64,000 nt of DNA from Vulcanimicrobiota bacterium (GCA_963695225.1 OY968762.1:1376001-1440000), one strand, 5' to 3'. Positions 31,653-41,738 are shown, counted from the stretch's first letter. Made by a program: numbers and translations. Notes: generated from the letters alone by a model not told the origin.

Positions 31653-32453
31653 GTGGCACAGGAACGCGCCGACATCGGCGTTTTTGGGGGTTCGGGATTC
31701 TATTCACTGCTCTCGGACGCCCGTGAGGTAACGGTCGAAACGCCGTACGGTGCGCCTAGCGACAAGCTCGCGATCGGCGAAGTCGCCGGCAAGCGCGTCG
31801 CGTTCTTGCCGCGTCACGGCAAATCGCATCAGTACCCGCCGCAATCGATCAACTATCGCGCGAACCTGTGGGCGATGAAAGAACTCGGCGTCACGCGCAT
31901 CATCGGCCCGACCGCCTGCGGCTCGCTCAAGGCCGAGGTCAAGCCCGGCGACATGGTCGTCGCCGACCAGATCGTCGATCGCACGACGGGGCGGAAGGAC
32001 ACGTTCTACGACGGCCCGATCACGACGCACGTGAGCTTCGCCGATCCGTACTGCCCGCAGCTGCGGCCGCTCGCGATCGAGGCCCTCCGCTCGGGCGGGA
32101 TCGCGACGCACGAGCGCGGGACCGTCGTCGTCATCCAGGGGCCGCGCTTTTCGACCCGTTCCGAATCGAAGTGGTTCACCGGGATGGGTTGGGAAGTCAT
32201 CAACATGACGCAGTATCCCGAGTGCTACCTCGCCCGCGAGCTCGAGATCTGCTACGTGAACATCTCGCTGATCACCGACTACGACGTCGGCCTCGAAGGG
32301 CAGGCAGGAATCGAGCCCGTTTCCCACGCGGAAGTGATCAAGGTATTCGCGAGCAACAACGAGCGCGTCAAGCAAGCGATCTTCAAGCTGATCGAAGCGA
32401 TCCCGGCGGAACGGACCTGCGGCTGCGGCCGCGCGCTCACGGGAGCCCGATAG
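31653..32453 (+). CDS. mtnP: S-methyl-5'-thioadenosine phosphorylase
   Basis: GVFGGSGFY, ETPYGAPS, FLPRHG, INYRANLWA, IQGPRFSTRSES, INMT..PE, TDYD. Confidence 0.93.
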   Translation: MAQERADIGVFGGSGFYSLLSDAREVTVETPYGAPSDKLAIGEVAGKRVAFLPRHGKSHQYPPQSINYRANLWAMKELGVTRIIGPTACGSLKAEVKPGDMVVADQIVDRTTGRKDTFYDGPITTHVSFADPYCPQLRPLAIEALRSGGIATHERGTVVVIQGPRFSTRSESKWFTGMGWEVINMTQYPECYLARELEICYVNISLITDYDVGLEGQAGIEPVSHAEVIKVFASNNERVKQAIFKLIEAIPAERTCGCGRALTGAR

Positions 32454-32457
32454 ACGG

Positions 32458-33162
32458 ATGCGCGAGCTCGGGCGCATAGATTTCGGAGGCTACTTGCAGG
32501 CGTTCGGCCTGCTGTTCCGCAATCCGGCGCTCCTGCTCGCCCCCTTCGCCTCCGCGCTGATCGGCGCCGGGATCGCGCTCCTGGCGCCGACCGGCGGGGC
32601 GCTCGGCGGCGTCACCGGCGGCGCAGCCGGGCTCATTCAGACGCTCCTGGATTCGTTCGCGCTCGCCGTCTCGCTCGCGGTAGCGGATCTCGCCTGGCGG
32701 CGGCGCGGCACGGCGCCGTTCTCGGCCGCATGGGAGTCGACGCGGCGCAAAGCTCCGGACATCCTCCTCGCCGCGCTCGGCTTCAATTTCATCCTGTGGG
32801 CCGCGGGATCGGTCGGCGGGGTGTTCGGGCCGGCGGGCCTTCTCCTCGTCCTGGTAGCACTCTATTTCTTCGTGTACGCGATCCCGGCGGCGGCGATCGG
32901 CGGGATCCCGGGAAGCGCCGCCCCGCAGGCCTCGATCGAACGCGTGCAGCGCACGCCGGTCGCGACGGCCATCATGCTCGTGGTGATCGGCGCCGTCTAC
33001 TATGCGACGTCGCTCGCGATGCTGCCGATCCTCGGCAGCTTGATCCTCTCCGGCGGACTCTTCGTCCCGATCCTCAACGCGCTCATCAAAGCGATCGGGA
33101 TCGCGTTCGTCTCGCTCCTGCTCGCCAAAGGCTATAGCGACGCGTCGTACGGGCGCTTCTAA
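32458..33162 (+). CDS. Hypothetical integral membrane protein
   Basis: About six hydrophobic segments; directly follows mtnP. Confidence 0.7.
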   Translation: MRELGRIDFGGYLQAFGLLFRNPALLLAPFASALIGAGIALLAPTGGALGGVTGGAAGLIQTLLDSFALAVSLAVADLAWRRRGTAPFSAAWESTRRKAPDILLAALGFNFILWAAGSVGGVFGPAGLLLVLVALYFFVYAIPAAAIGGIPGSAAPQASIERVQRTPVATAIMLVVIGAVYYATSLAMLPILGSLILSGGLFVPILNALIKAIGIAFVSLLLAKGYSDASYGRF

Positions 33163-34190
33163 GCGCCCGGCGCTAACTGCATCCTGACGAGATCGGCGAC
33201 GAGCGCGGCGGAGACGTTCGTGCGCGCGAGCCGCTCCGCGTCGGCCAACGTTTGCTGCAGCGCAAGGATCTCGGCCGTGCTGCGGTGCGGAAAGCCCTCG
33301 ATCCGCGCGCGCAAGTCCGCGGCGTAGAGGTTCGCCTCGCGCGGGGCGACGGCGAGTACCGCCCAGTCGCGCGCGACGAGCCGGATCATCTCCAGCATCG
33401 CGGCGAATGCATCGCGCTTCTCCGCGGCCGAGAGCCGCCGATCGTCGGAGCCCAGGAAGTCGAGTTCCGCGCGTTCGCCCCGCAGCGCCGCCTCGAACCA
33501 CGCGACGGCGGCTGCCCGCGACCCGTTCGCTTCGCCTGAAAGCGCCGCACGGGCGCGCGTCACGCTCCCGAGCGAGGCTGCCGCCGCAACGCGCGCCGCC
33601 CCTTCCTCGATCCCGTCGCTCGTAAGGATCCCTTGCACTTCGGATTTCTTGAGCAACGGGAACGCGATCTCAAGCATCCGCGAGCGAATCGTCGAGATCA
33701 AGGCCCCCGGGGCGCTCGTCGTGAGGATCACGACGACGCCGGGCGGAGGTTCTTCGAAGAACCGCAAGAGCGCGTTCGCGGCTTCGTGCGTTGCGAATTC
33801 CACGTCGCCGAAGATCACGATGTGATACCGCCCTCGGTAGCCGTGCAACGAGAACTCGCGCACGAGATCGCGCGCCGTGATCCCGTCCTCGCTCGAAGCG
33901 CGCTCGTCGGTTTTCCCGATCTTGACCACGCCGTCGGTCTCGAGCAGATCGGGGTGCGTCCCCGCTTTCACGAGCGTGCAGCCGGTGCAGGCGTTGCAGT
34001 ATCCGAGCAACGTCGCTTTGGGCGTCTCGCAAAGCAGCGACTGCGCGAGTTTGCGGGCGAACGTCTTCTTCCCGACGCCGGGCGCGCCGGTGAAGAGGTA
34101 GCCGTGCGAAAGTTTCGCCGGCTCGAGCCGGCTGAAATACGCGAGCGGCGCGGCCGCGCCGGCGACGTCGAACGATCCGGTAATCCCCAC
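33159..34190 (-). CDS. holB: DNA polymerase III subunit delta'
   Basis: HGYLFTGAPGVGKK, C..CxxCxxC zinc module, HPD, AANALLRFFEEPP, TIRSR; follows tmk as in many bacteria. Confidence 0.88.
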   Translation of the reverse strand: MGITGSFDVAGAAAPLAYFSRLEPAKLSHGYLFTGAPGVGKKTFARKLAQSLLCETPKATLLGYCNACTGCTLVKAGTHPDLLETDGVVKIGKTDERASSEDGITARDLVREFSLHGYRGRYHIVIFGDVEFATHEAANALLRFFEEPPPGVVVILTTSAPGALISTIRSRMLEIAFPLLKKSEVQGILTSDGIEEGAARVAAAASLGSVTRARAALSGEANGSRAAAVAWFEAALRGERAELDFLGSDDRRLSAAEKRDAFAAMLEMIRLVARDWAVLAVAPREANLYAADLRARIEGFPHRSTAEILALQQTLADAERLARTNVSAALVADLVRMQLAPGA

Positions 34191-34192
34191 GC

Positions 34193-34837
34193 TCAGGCGA
34201 TTTCGAGCCGCGCCGCGACGATCCGCCACGCGGCCTCGAGCGTCTCCTCGGCCGTGCGCGTCCCATCGAGCGTCCGGATCCGCGGCACGCTCGCCGCGAG
34301 CGCGAGGTAGCCCGCCCGGACGCGCTCGTGAAACGCCGCCGACTCGCTCTCGACCCGGTCGATCCCGCCGCCCCGCTCGCCGAGCCGCCCCCGCGAGACC
34401 GGGAGCGGGACGTCGAGCAGGAGCGTGAGGTCGGGGAGCAGCCCGCCCGTGGCGAGCGAGCAGATCCTCTCGAGCCGGTCGATCTCTAGGCCCCGCCCGT
34501 ATCCTTGGTAGGCCAGCGTCGAATCGACGTAACGATCGCAGAGCACGACGCGCCCCGCCGCGAGCGCGGGTTCGATCACTTCGATCACGTGCTGCGCGCG
34601 GGCGGCATTGACGAGGAAGGCCTCGGCGAGCGGGTCTATTGCGATCCCGGACAGCCGCGCGAGGAAGAGGGCCCGGACCTGGTCCCCCAGTTCCGTCCCG
34701 CCCGGTTCGCGGGTCGCGAGAGGATCGCGGCCTGCCGCCGCGAGCTTACTCGCGAGTCCCTTGGCGAGCGTCGACTTGCCGCTCCCTTCGATCCCCTCCA
34801 GGGTGAGGAAGAAACCCGGTTTGCGCGCGATCGTCAG
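34193..34837 (-). CDS. tmk: Thymidylate kinase (inferred CTG start)
   Basis: FLTLEGIEGSGKST P-loop, TREPGGT, LCDRYVDSTLAYQGYGRG, PDLTLLLD; the P-loop lies upstream of the first ATG/GTG/TTG. Confidence 0.92.
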   Translation of the reverse strand: MTIARKPGFFLTLEGIEGSGKSTLAKGLASKLAAAGRDPLATREPGGTELGDQVRALFLARLSGIAIDPLAEAFLVNAARAQHVIEVIEPALAAGRVVLCDRYVDSTLAYQGYGRGLEIDRLERICSLATGGLLPDLTLLLDVPLPVSRGRLGERGGGIDRVESESAAFHERVRAGYLALAASVPRIRTLDGTRTAEETLEAAWRIVAARLEIA

Positions 34838-36432
34838 GCCGTCGCCTCCGAGGTGTACGGGAAATCCGCTCCGCGGAAGATCAGCACGCGCCGGTTCGGT
34901 TCGAGCCCCGTGCTGCGCGATTGCAGGCGGTACTGTTCGGCGAGTTGATGCTGCATCCGGCGAACGTACGACGTCTGCGGCGTCAGCTCGATCGGCTGGC
35001 TGTCGAGGAGCACTTTGTAGATCGCTTCGCCCGCCTCACGCATCGCGATCTCTTCCATATCGAGCGAAGGCAGATTGAAGAAGTCCTTGAGCGCGCTCTG
35101 GATTTGCGTCGTGGTGTTGGTCTTGATCGAGTAGATCGGCACGTTCTCGGCCGAGATCGAGCGCAGCTTCTCGGATTCCTTGCGCTCGAGCGTCTTGAGC
35201 GTCAAGACGATGTCCGCGTCGTCCCATTTCCTGGCGATCGCGGCGTTGACGCGCAGGTTCGCGATAGCGCGCTCGATCTTGTTGCGCGAGACGCCGTACG
35301 GAAAGATGCGCATCGGCGCGTCGCGTTCCTCCACGTCCGAGAGCGCCTCGGAATCGAGGACGCCGAGCGCGAACTCCGCATCGATTGGAGCGCGCTTGAC
35401 CGCCGTCAGCGTCGCGCCCGCCTCTTGCACGACGGAGACGTTCCCCGCCGGACCCCGTTCGCGAATCTCGGGCTGCGGGGCGTACCCGCGCAAGAACGCA
35501 TCGACGACGTCCGCGACGTTCTTGTAGATCGCGAAGCGGTTGCGATCCGCGATCTCCACGAGGATGTCGAACGTCGGCGGCGCTTTGCGCTCGAGAACGG
35601 TCTTGCGCGTGCCGCGGCGGCGCGCTTCCTCGTCGGAAAGCGTGACGGTGCTGATGCCGCCGACGAGGTCGGAGAGCGTCGGGTTCATCAAAATGTTTTC
35701 GAGCGTCTGCCCGTGCGCGGTCCCGATCAGTTGCACGCCGCGCTCGGCGATCGTACGCGCCGCGCCCGCTTCGGCTTCGGTGCCGATCTCGTCGATCACG
35801 ACGACTTGCGGCATGTGATTCTCGACGGCTTCGATCATCACGTTGTGCTGCAGCGCGGGATCGGCGACTTGCATGCGCCGCGCGTGCCCGATCCCGGGAT
35901 GCGGGATGTCGCCGTCGCCCGCGATCTCGTTCGACGTGTCGACGATCACGACGCGCTTGCGATCCTCGCTCAAGATTCGCGCGCACTCCCGCAGCATCGT
36001 CGTCTTCCCGATGCCCGGGCGCCCGAGCAGGCAGATCGATTTTCCGCTGCGCACGACGTCGAGCAGAATGTCGACCGTACCGAAGACGGCACGGCCTACG
36101 CGGCACGTGAGGCCGACGATCTTCCCCGAGCGATTGCGAATCGCGGAGATCCGGTGCAGCGTCTTCTCGATCCCCGCGCGATTATCGCCGCCGAATTCCG
36201 AAACGCGCGAACTGACGTGCGCGAGGTCCTCCGGCGTGACGCAGTGGTCCGAGAGGAAGACGAAGTCGTCTGCGAAGCGCGCTTCCGGGGGCCGCCCGAG
36301 GTCCAACACCACTTCGATGATCGATTCCAGGTGCGGAAGCCGGACGAGCGCTTGACGGATCGGGAGGGGGAAGATATCGAGGAGTTGGGTCAGTTCCCAA
36401 CGGTCTGAGACTGTCTCGGCGTTAACGGCCAA
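34834..36432 (-). CDS. Ycf45/SpoIIIAA-like AAA ATPase with C-terminal R3H domain
   Basis: EVVLDLGRPPEARF, TLHRISAIRNR, GRPGIGKTT, IVDTSNEIAGDGD, VIDEIG, TAHG, R3H-like YVRRMQHQLAE. Confidence 0.9.
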   Translation of the reverse strand: MAVNAETVSDRWELTQLLDIFPLPIRQALVRLPHLESIIEVVLDLGRPPEARFADDFVFLSDHCVTPEDLAHVSSRVSEFGGDNRAGIEKTLHRISAIRNRSGKIVGLTCRVGRAVFGTVDILLDVVRSGKSICLLGRPGIGKTTMLRECARILSEDRKRVVIVDTSNEIAGDGDIPHPGIGHARRMQVADPALQHNVMIEAVENHMPQVVVIDEIGTEAEAGAARTIAERGVQLIGTAHGQTLENILMNPTLSDLVGGISTVTLSDEEARRRGTRKTVLERKAPPTFDILVEIADRNRFAIYKNVADVVDAFLRGYAPQPEIRERGPAGNVSVVQEAGATLTAVKRAPIDAEFALGVLDSEALSDVEERDAPMRIFPYGVSRNKIERAIANLRVNAAIARKWDDADIVLTLKTLERKESEKLRSISAENVPIYSIKTNTTTQIQSALKDFFNLPSLDMEEIAMREAGEAIYKVLLDSQPIELTPQTSYVRRMQHQLAEQYRLQSRSTGLEPNRRVLIFRGADFPYTSEATA

Positions 36433-36559
36433 TTCACATCCTCAACTTAGGGTTTCCTCACGCGAGGTGAGGAGTCCACGAGCGGCGTCCGCAGCGAGCC
36501 GTTTCGTTGCAGCGGACTTCCTTACCGGCGCGCGCTCCCCTCTCGCCCCCGAAGAAATC

Positions 36560-38041
36560 TCAACGTACGACGCGGATCGTGCGTAATTCCGTGTCGTACG
36601 GGCCTTGCATGCGCACTCCGGCCTTCTTCTCCAATTCCAGATATGCGATCGTCTCGGGCGTGATCTCTTCGCCGGGCGAGAGCACGGGGATTCCAGGCGG
36701 ATACGGCGTGATGACTTCCGCGCAAATGCGCCCGCCCGACCGTTTGAACGCGACGTGCTCGGTCTCCGAAAGAAACGCGTCACGCGGCAGCATGCGAATC
36801 GGCGGAATTTCGGGAAGCGCATACGTCTTCGTGGCCAAGCGGCGCTCCAGAACGCCGGACGGCGAGAACACGTCGATCGGCCGGTCTTCGCGCGCGAGTT
36901 CCTTCACGCCGTAGACCAGGCGGTCCGCTGCCGCGCGCGTCGTGCCGATCGTGAAGAGCGCGAGGCAATTGAAGAGATCGGCGAGTTCGAGCTGCACGTT
37001 GTAGCGCCGCCGCAGGATCTCTTCGGCCTCGTAGCCGGTGTAGCCGAGCGCCTTGACCATGATCGTGATCTTCGTCGGATCGAGATCGAAAACGCCCGGC
37101 CGGCCTTCGAGTTCGGGTCCGAAGCAGTAGATGCCGGGAATGGCATTGAGGCGCCGGCGCGTTTCGTTCGCGAGATCGATCGTGCGCGAGAGCAAGGCGC
37201 GCCCCTCCGTCGCCATCTGCTTTCGCGCCACGTCGAGCGAGGCGACGAGCACGAGGTTCGGCGAGGTCGAGAGAAACAATTTGACGACCGCCTTGAGACG
37301 ATCGAGCCTGATGCGTTCGCCGCACTGATGCAGCATCGAGGTCTGCGAGAGGCTGCCGAGCATCTTGTGGGTCGAATTGACGCACATATCCGCGCCGGCC
37401 TCGATAGCCGAGACCGGCAACGCCGGATGAAACTTGAAATGCGGCCCCCAGGCTTCGTCGACGAGGAACGGCACGCCGTGCGCGTGGGCGATTTCGGCGA
37501 TCCCGGCGAGGTCCGCGGCGACGCCGTAGTACGTTGGGCTGACGACGTACACGGCCTTGATGTCGGGATGACGCGCTAGCGTGCGGCGCACCGTTTCGGG
37601 CGTCACCGTGTGATCCATGTGCAAGTCTTGATCGACTTCGGGCTGCATCCAAATCGGCTCGGCGCCGCTCATGATCAGACCGCCCATCGCGCTCTTGTGC
37701 GCATTGCGCGGCAGCGCGATCTTCTCCGCGGGGTTCACGGCGGTCATCATCATGATCTGATTCCCGCTCGTCGAGCCGTTGATCAAGAAGAACGAGTTCT
37801 CCGCGCCGTACGCTTCGGCCGCAAGCGCCTGAGCCTCCACCAGGGCTTCGGTCGGCTGCAGCAGATCGTCGAGGCCCCGGATCTGCGTGAGATCGATCGA
37901 AAGGACGTTGTCGCCGAGGAACTCGCGAAAGGCCCGGTCCATCCCCTGCCCCTGCATGTGCCCCGGAGTGTGAAACGGAATCACGCCGGAGTCCACATAG
38001 TTGAGCAGGACATCGAAGTACGGCGTGCGGCTCTGATCCAC
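36560..38041 (-). CDS. Orn/Lys/Arg decarboxylase (fold type I PLP)
   Basis: FHTPGH, FLINGSTSGN, PRNAHKS, SPTYYG, VDEAWG, STHK, PYPPGIP. Confidence 0.93.
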   Translation of the reverse strand: MDQSRTPYFDVLLNYVDSGVIPFHTPGHMQGQGMDRAFREFLGDNVLSIDLTQIRGLDDLLQPTEALVEAQALAAEAYGAENSFFLINGSTSGNQIMMMTAVNPAEKIALPRNAHKSAMGGLIMSGAEPIWMQPEVDQDLHMDHTVTPETVRRTLARHPDIKAVYVVSPTYYGVAADLAGIAEIAHAHGVPFLVDEAWGPHFKFHPALPVSAIEAGADMCVNSTHKMLGSLSQTSMLHQCGERIRLDRLKAVVKLFLSTSPNLVLVASLDVARKQMATEGRALLSRTIDLANETRRRLNAIPGIYCFGPELEGRPGVFDLDPTKITIMVKALGYTGYEAEEILRRRYNVQLELADLFNCLALFTIGTTRAAADRLVYGVKELAREDRPIDVFSPSGVLERRLATKTYALPEIPPIRMLPRDAFLSETEHVAFKRSGGRICAEVITPYPPGIPVLSPGEEITPETIAYLELEKKAGVRMQGPYDTELRTIRVVR

Positions 38042-38122
38042 GGCGCGGCACGTTCAACGCGGCGTCGCGCGGTTCTTGCGCGCAGGCGGCGTCCGCGCGG
38101 TCACCGAAACCGAGGCCGCGTG

Positions 38123-38695
38123 ATGAACGCCTCCCCACCGCTTTCAGCCGCGCGCTCGCGAGCGCGCCAAATCGCATTCGTCGTGGCCGGTTCCGCGCTG
38201 CTCGCGCTGGGGGCTCAGGTCTCGATCCCGATGCCGCTCGGCATGCCCCCGGTCACGGGACAGACGTTCGCGCTGGCGCTCGTCGTGGCGCTGCTGGGCG
38301 CTCGCGGCGCGCTCCTCGCGGCGGTCCTCTATCTCGCGGAAGGGGCGCTCGGCCTCCCGGTCTTCTCGCCTCACGGCGCCCCCGGCATCGCGCGCTTCTT
38401 CGGCCCGACGGCCGGGTATCTGCTCGCCTTCCCGCTCGCCGCGTACGTGACGGGCGCGCTCTTCGACCGGGGCCTCTGGTCGAGTTACACCGGCCGCCTC
38501 GTCGCGATCGTCCTGGGGAGCGCGGTGGTCTTCCTCGGCGGCGCCGCCTGGCTCGCCCATTTCGTCGGCGGCTTCGGCAAGGCGCTCGTCGTCGGCGTGG
38601 CGCCGTACCTGCTCGGCGACGCGGTGAAGACGATCGTCGCGGCAGGCGTCGCCCCGTGGGTCCGCTCCGCCGGCGACCCCTCCGACCGCCTCTAA
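38123..38695 (+). CDS. bioY: Biotin transporter BioY
   Basis: PVTGQTFA, YLAEGALGLPVF, GPTAGYL, PYLLGDAVK. Confidence 0.93.
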   Translation: MNASPPLSAARSRARQIAFVVAGSALLALGAQVSIPMPLGMPPVTGQTFALALVVALLGARGALLAAVLYLAEGALGLPVFSPHGAPGIARFFGPTAGYLLAFPLAAYVTGALFDRGLWSSYTGRLVAIVLGSAVVFLGGAAWLAHFVGGFGKALVVGVAPYLLGDAVKTIVAAGVAPWVRSAGDPSDRL

Positions 38696-38736
38696 ACTCG
38701 GCGAACGATTCGCACCCGCAGCCTCGCCGCTCCGCG

Positions 38737-39666
38737 CTACGAGCCGAAGTACGTAATCGCGAAGAGCAGCGCGCCGGTTCCGACGATCAGGAGCGGCCCG
38801 GCGTACGCGAGCGCGCTTGCCAATCGCGGGTCGAATCCGGTGCGCAAGGGCGTCCGGCCCAGCAGAGTGCGCCGCCCCGCGCGTGCGGCGAGCCCGAGCG
38901 CGGTCGTCGTCAAGGCCATGCCGGCCCCGATCGTACACACGAGGAACACGCCCGCGGCAAGCAACCCGTTCGCGACCGTGTAGGCAAGAACGAGCAAGGA
39001 CCCGGTGCAAGGGACGGCTCCCGCGACCACCGCCATCGCATTGACGGTCCGCTCGTCGCCGGCGGCGCCGCGTTCGTGGTCGTGCTCCGAGGGACAACCG
39101 TGCGCGCATCCGGAGCGCCCGCCGCGCCGCATCGTCTGCGCGAGCAGCACGAGCCCGAGCACGCTGATCGACGCGAAACTCGTGAGCCGGACCTCGCGCA
39201 CGTCCTCGAGCGCCGTGAGACTCGCGTGCATCGCGAGCGAGAGGGCGCCGACGACGATGAGGGCCGAGGCGACGTGCGTCGCCGCGATCCAGAACGAAAG
39301 CCCGACGCCGCGCATGGCGCTCGCGTCGCGGGAGAGGAAATACCCGATCACGACCGTCTTGCCGTGGCCGGGTCCGGCCGCATGCACGCAGCCGTAGGCG
39401 AACGCCAAGACGAACGCCAGCGCGAGAGACGGCGCGAACGTCCCCCGCTTGAGTCCCGCGGTCGCCGCGGTGAGCCGGCGCGCGGCTTCGCGCTGCACGC
39501 GACTCGCGAATATCGCGAGTTCGTTCGGCTTCCCCATCTGGGTCGTGGCCGCGGCCGCGGAAGCCGAGGCGTCGAACGGCGACGCCGAGGCGTCGGCCGA
39601 AAAGAGTGCTCCCCAGACGAGCATGAGCAAGGCCGCGAGCGTGGCGGCGCGGAGCATCAGGCGCAT
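38737..39666 (-). CDS. Nickel/cobalt transporter family (NicO/RcnA/ZevB-like)
   Basis: YGCVHAAGPGHGKTV, His-rich loop CAHGCPSEHDH, GAVPCTGS. Confidence 0.88.
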   Translation of the reverse strand: MRLMLRAATLAALLMLVWGALFSADASASPFDASASAAAATTQMGKPNELAIFASRVQREAARRLTAATAGLKRGTFAPSLALAFVLAFAYGCVHAAGPGHGKTVVIGYFLSRDASAMRGVGLSFWIAATHVASALIVVGALSLAMHASLTALEDVREVRLTSFASISVLGLVLLAQTMRRGGRSGCAHGCPSEHDHERGAAGDERTVNAMAVVAGAVPCTGSLLVLAYTVANGLLAAGVFLVCTIGAGMALTTTALGLAARAGRRTLLGRTPLRTGFDPRLASALAYAGPLLIVGTGALLFAITYFGS

Positions 39667-40265
39667 GCGATCGTCACCCCCGACGGGCTAAATCCCCACA
39701 AGGGGATCGGGTGCGCCGCGTCCTCGCCGGCCGTCGCCGTGCATCCGGCAGGGCTTCCCGTCATCGTGACGGGTCGAGGATCCCCCTCGGGAAACTCGAC
39801 GTCGACGAAATACGTCTCGTCGTAAAAATCCGCTTGGACCGGCATGCGCTTGGGATCGAGCGGCCTCGCCAGACGAGCCGTGAAGTCGTAGACGATGCGG
39901 CTGCCGTCCAGGTGCGCGTCGAACGCCTCGATGCCGCCGACGGGGTCGGCTTTTCCACCCTGCCAAACGTGGACGAAATAGCCATAGTGGACCAGATTGT
40001 CGAACGCCTTCTTGCGCAAACCGGGGATTTCGGCGGGCTGTAGCGGCGCGCCGGCGGGCTTGCGCCCGAACAGCACGCCCTGCGTGGCCAGCTCGTCGAA
40101 GCGCCATTCGAGCGCGAAAGCCGTCAAGCGGCCGGACGAAAAGACGGCGCGCACCCGGTTATCGATGAACACGTGGGGATGGGCTCGCGCGGGAGCGGCG
40201 CCGAGCAGGAGCGCCGCTACGCACGCCGACGACGCGACGAGGTCGCGTGGGCGAAATGAAAGCAT
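39657..40265 (-). CDS. DUF1007-family periplasmic metal-binding protein (ZevA-like)
   Basis: Signal peptide followed by AHPHVFID; WRFDE; YDETYFVD; overlaps the NicO-like gene. Confidence 0.85.
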   Translation of the reverse strand: MLSFRPRDLVASSACVAALLLGAAPARAHPHVFIDNRVRAVFSSGRLTAFALEWRFDELATQGVLFGRKPAGAPLQPAEIPGLRKKAFDNLVHYGYFVHVWQGGKADPVGGIEAFDAHLDGSRIVYDFTARLARPLDPKRMPVQADFYDETYFVDVEFPEGDPRPVTMTGSPAGCTATAGEDAAHPIPLWGFSPSGVTIACA

Positions 40266-40340
40266 GATTGGGACGGCCCCTTCCGGGTCGCGAACGGCCC
40301 GACTACACAGCGCGTAACGGCCGCGCGTACGCGGCCTGCC

Positions 40341-41003
40341 CTAGGTAGCGAGGAGCGGCGGCCCGCGCTTTCCGAGGCGCCGCGCGTCGACGTTGCAGCG
40401 CGGCGTGCGCCGCGGAAGCGTTCGGCGCGCAACGGCGCCGGCACGCTCCGGCGCGCGCCGCGCGGCGAACGTCGCGACGATCTTGCGAACGAGCGCCGCC
40501 GCGGCGGCGAGAAAACGGGCCGCACCGGCGAGGGCGGCGGTCGCGCACAACGCCGCCGCGATGTGGATCGTGAGCGCGATCGCGACGGGCCCGCCGAGCC
40601 ACGCCGGGCCGCCCAGGAGATGCCCGAAGGCGATCACCTGCTCCGCGCTCTCCATCGCGAAGAGCGTGGCAAACTGGAGGCCGAGAATCGCGGCCGCGAT
40701 CTCGCCGAAGCGCCGCCGGGCGATCGTGCGGGCGGCGGCGCGAAGCCAATCCTCCGTGCGCGTCGCGAAGAGGGCGTCGCCGAATGCGAAGAGCGCCCCC
40801 GCGAAGGAGAGCGTCGCAGCAGACGATGCCAGCGGCACGAGCGCGCTGTGGCTGTATTCGTCGTAAGCGCTCGGGAAGCAACCCCAGTCCGCCAGCGCAT
40901 GCACGACTTGATGGGCGGCGAGCGCGGCGAAAGCGGCGGCAGCCAGCACCAACACGACCGCGACATGGCTAGGCCCGGCACGCCGGGCCCGTGCAAGCGA
41001 CAT
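40341..41003 (-). CDS. His-containing membrane protein with C-terminal RGPP motif
   Basis: Several TM segments with His residues, basic tail ending KRGPPLLAT; start uncertain. Confidence 0.7.
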   Translation of the reverse strand: MSLARARRAGPSHVAVVLVLAAAAFAALAAHQVVHALADWGCFPSAYDEYSHSALVPLASSAATLSFAGALFAFGDALFATRTEDWLRAAARTIARRRFGEIAAAILGLQFATLFAMESAEQVIAFGHLLGGPAWLGGPVAIALTIHIAAALCATAALAGAARFLAAAAALVRKIVATFAARRAPERAGAVARRTLPRRTPRCNVDARRLGKRGPPLLAT

Positions 41004-41207
41004 TGGAAGCCGAACTTCGGGAAAGCGCCTGCGCGAGCCTTGCGACCTCAAATCGACGGCTGAAAGCCGGGGACTCCGAAGTTCCATAGCAAGAACGCGT
41101 ACGCGGCTGCGGCCGGCTATCGATGCATCATCTCGAGTTGAACTCCGTCCGGCATTCGCCGCTGCGTTTTCCGGGGAGGCCGCGCCGCCTTCGCGGCGGC
41201 TCGGCGT

Positions 41208-41738
41208 CTACTCTACGCGTTCTTCGATCGAGATGTTGTAGAGGAACAAGAACTTGTGCCACTCGCCCGGCAAAGTGTTGCGCTTCACGCGAATCCAAGG
41301 AATGTATTTCGGGGCTTTCGGTTTGCGGCGCAGCGGCATGTTCGCGTGTTCCGGCGTGCGATTGTTCTTGCGATTGTTGCAGCGCATGCACGCGCAGACG
41401 AGATTCTCCCACGTCGAAGGCCCGTTCTTGCTGCGCGGCACAACGTGGTCGACGGTCATCAACCGCTCGCCCCGCAGCCCGCAATACTGGCACGTGTAAT
41501 CGTCGCGCAGCAGCACGTTCTTCTTCGTGAGTGCGACCTTCTGCATCGGCCGGCGCACGTAGTAGAGCATCCGGATGATCGAGGGCATGCGCATCTCGAA
41601 CTTCGGCGAGTAGAGTATCGACTCGCGGCCGTGAACGACCTCGGCTTTCCCCGAGAAGAGCAGCTTCACGGCGCGCTGGAAGCTCGTGATGTTGAGCGCT
41701 TCGTACGTGAAATTCAAGACGAGGACGTCGCTCACCAC
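41208..41738 (-). CDS. HNH endonuclease (McrA-like stand-alone family)
   Basis: VLVLNFTYE, RDDYTCQYCG, TVDHVVPRSKNG..TWENLVCACMRCNNRK. Confidence 0.92.
   Translation of the reverse strand: MVSDVLVLNFTYEALNITSFQRAVKLLFSGKAEVVHGRESILYSPKFEMRMPSIIRMLYYVRRPMQKVALTKKNVLLRDDYTCQYCGLRGERLMTVDHVVPRSKNGPSTWENLVCACMRCNNRKNNRTPEHANMPLRRKPKAPKYIPWIRVKRNTLPGEWHKFLFLYNISIEERVE

Noticed and set aside
41208..41738. IscB/Cas9-like RNA-guided nuclease or homing endonuclease
   Set aside because: Only 176 aa, with no RuvC motifs or PLMP domain, and not inside an intron or intein.
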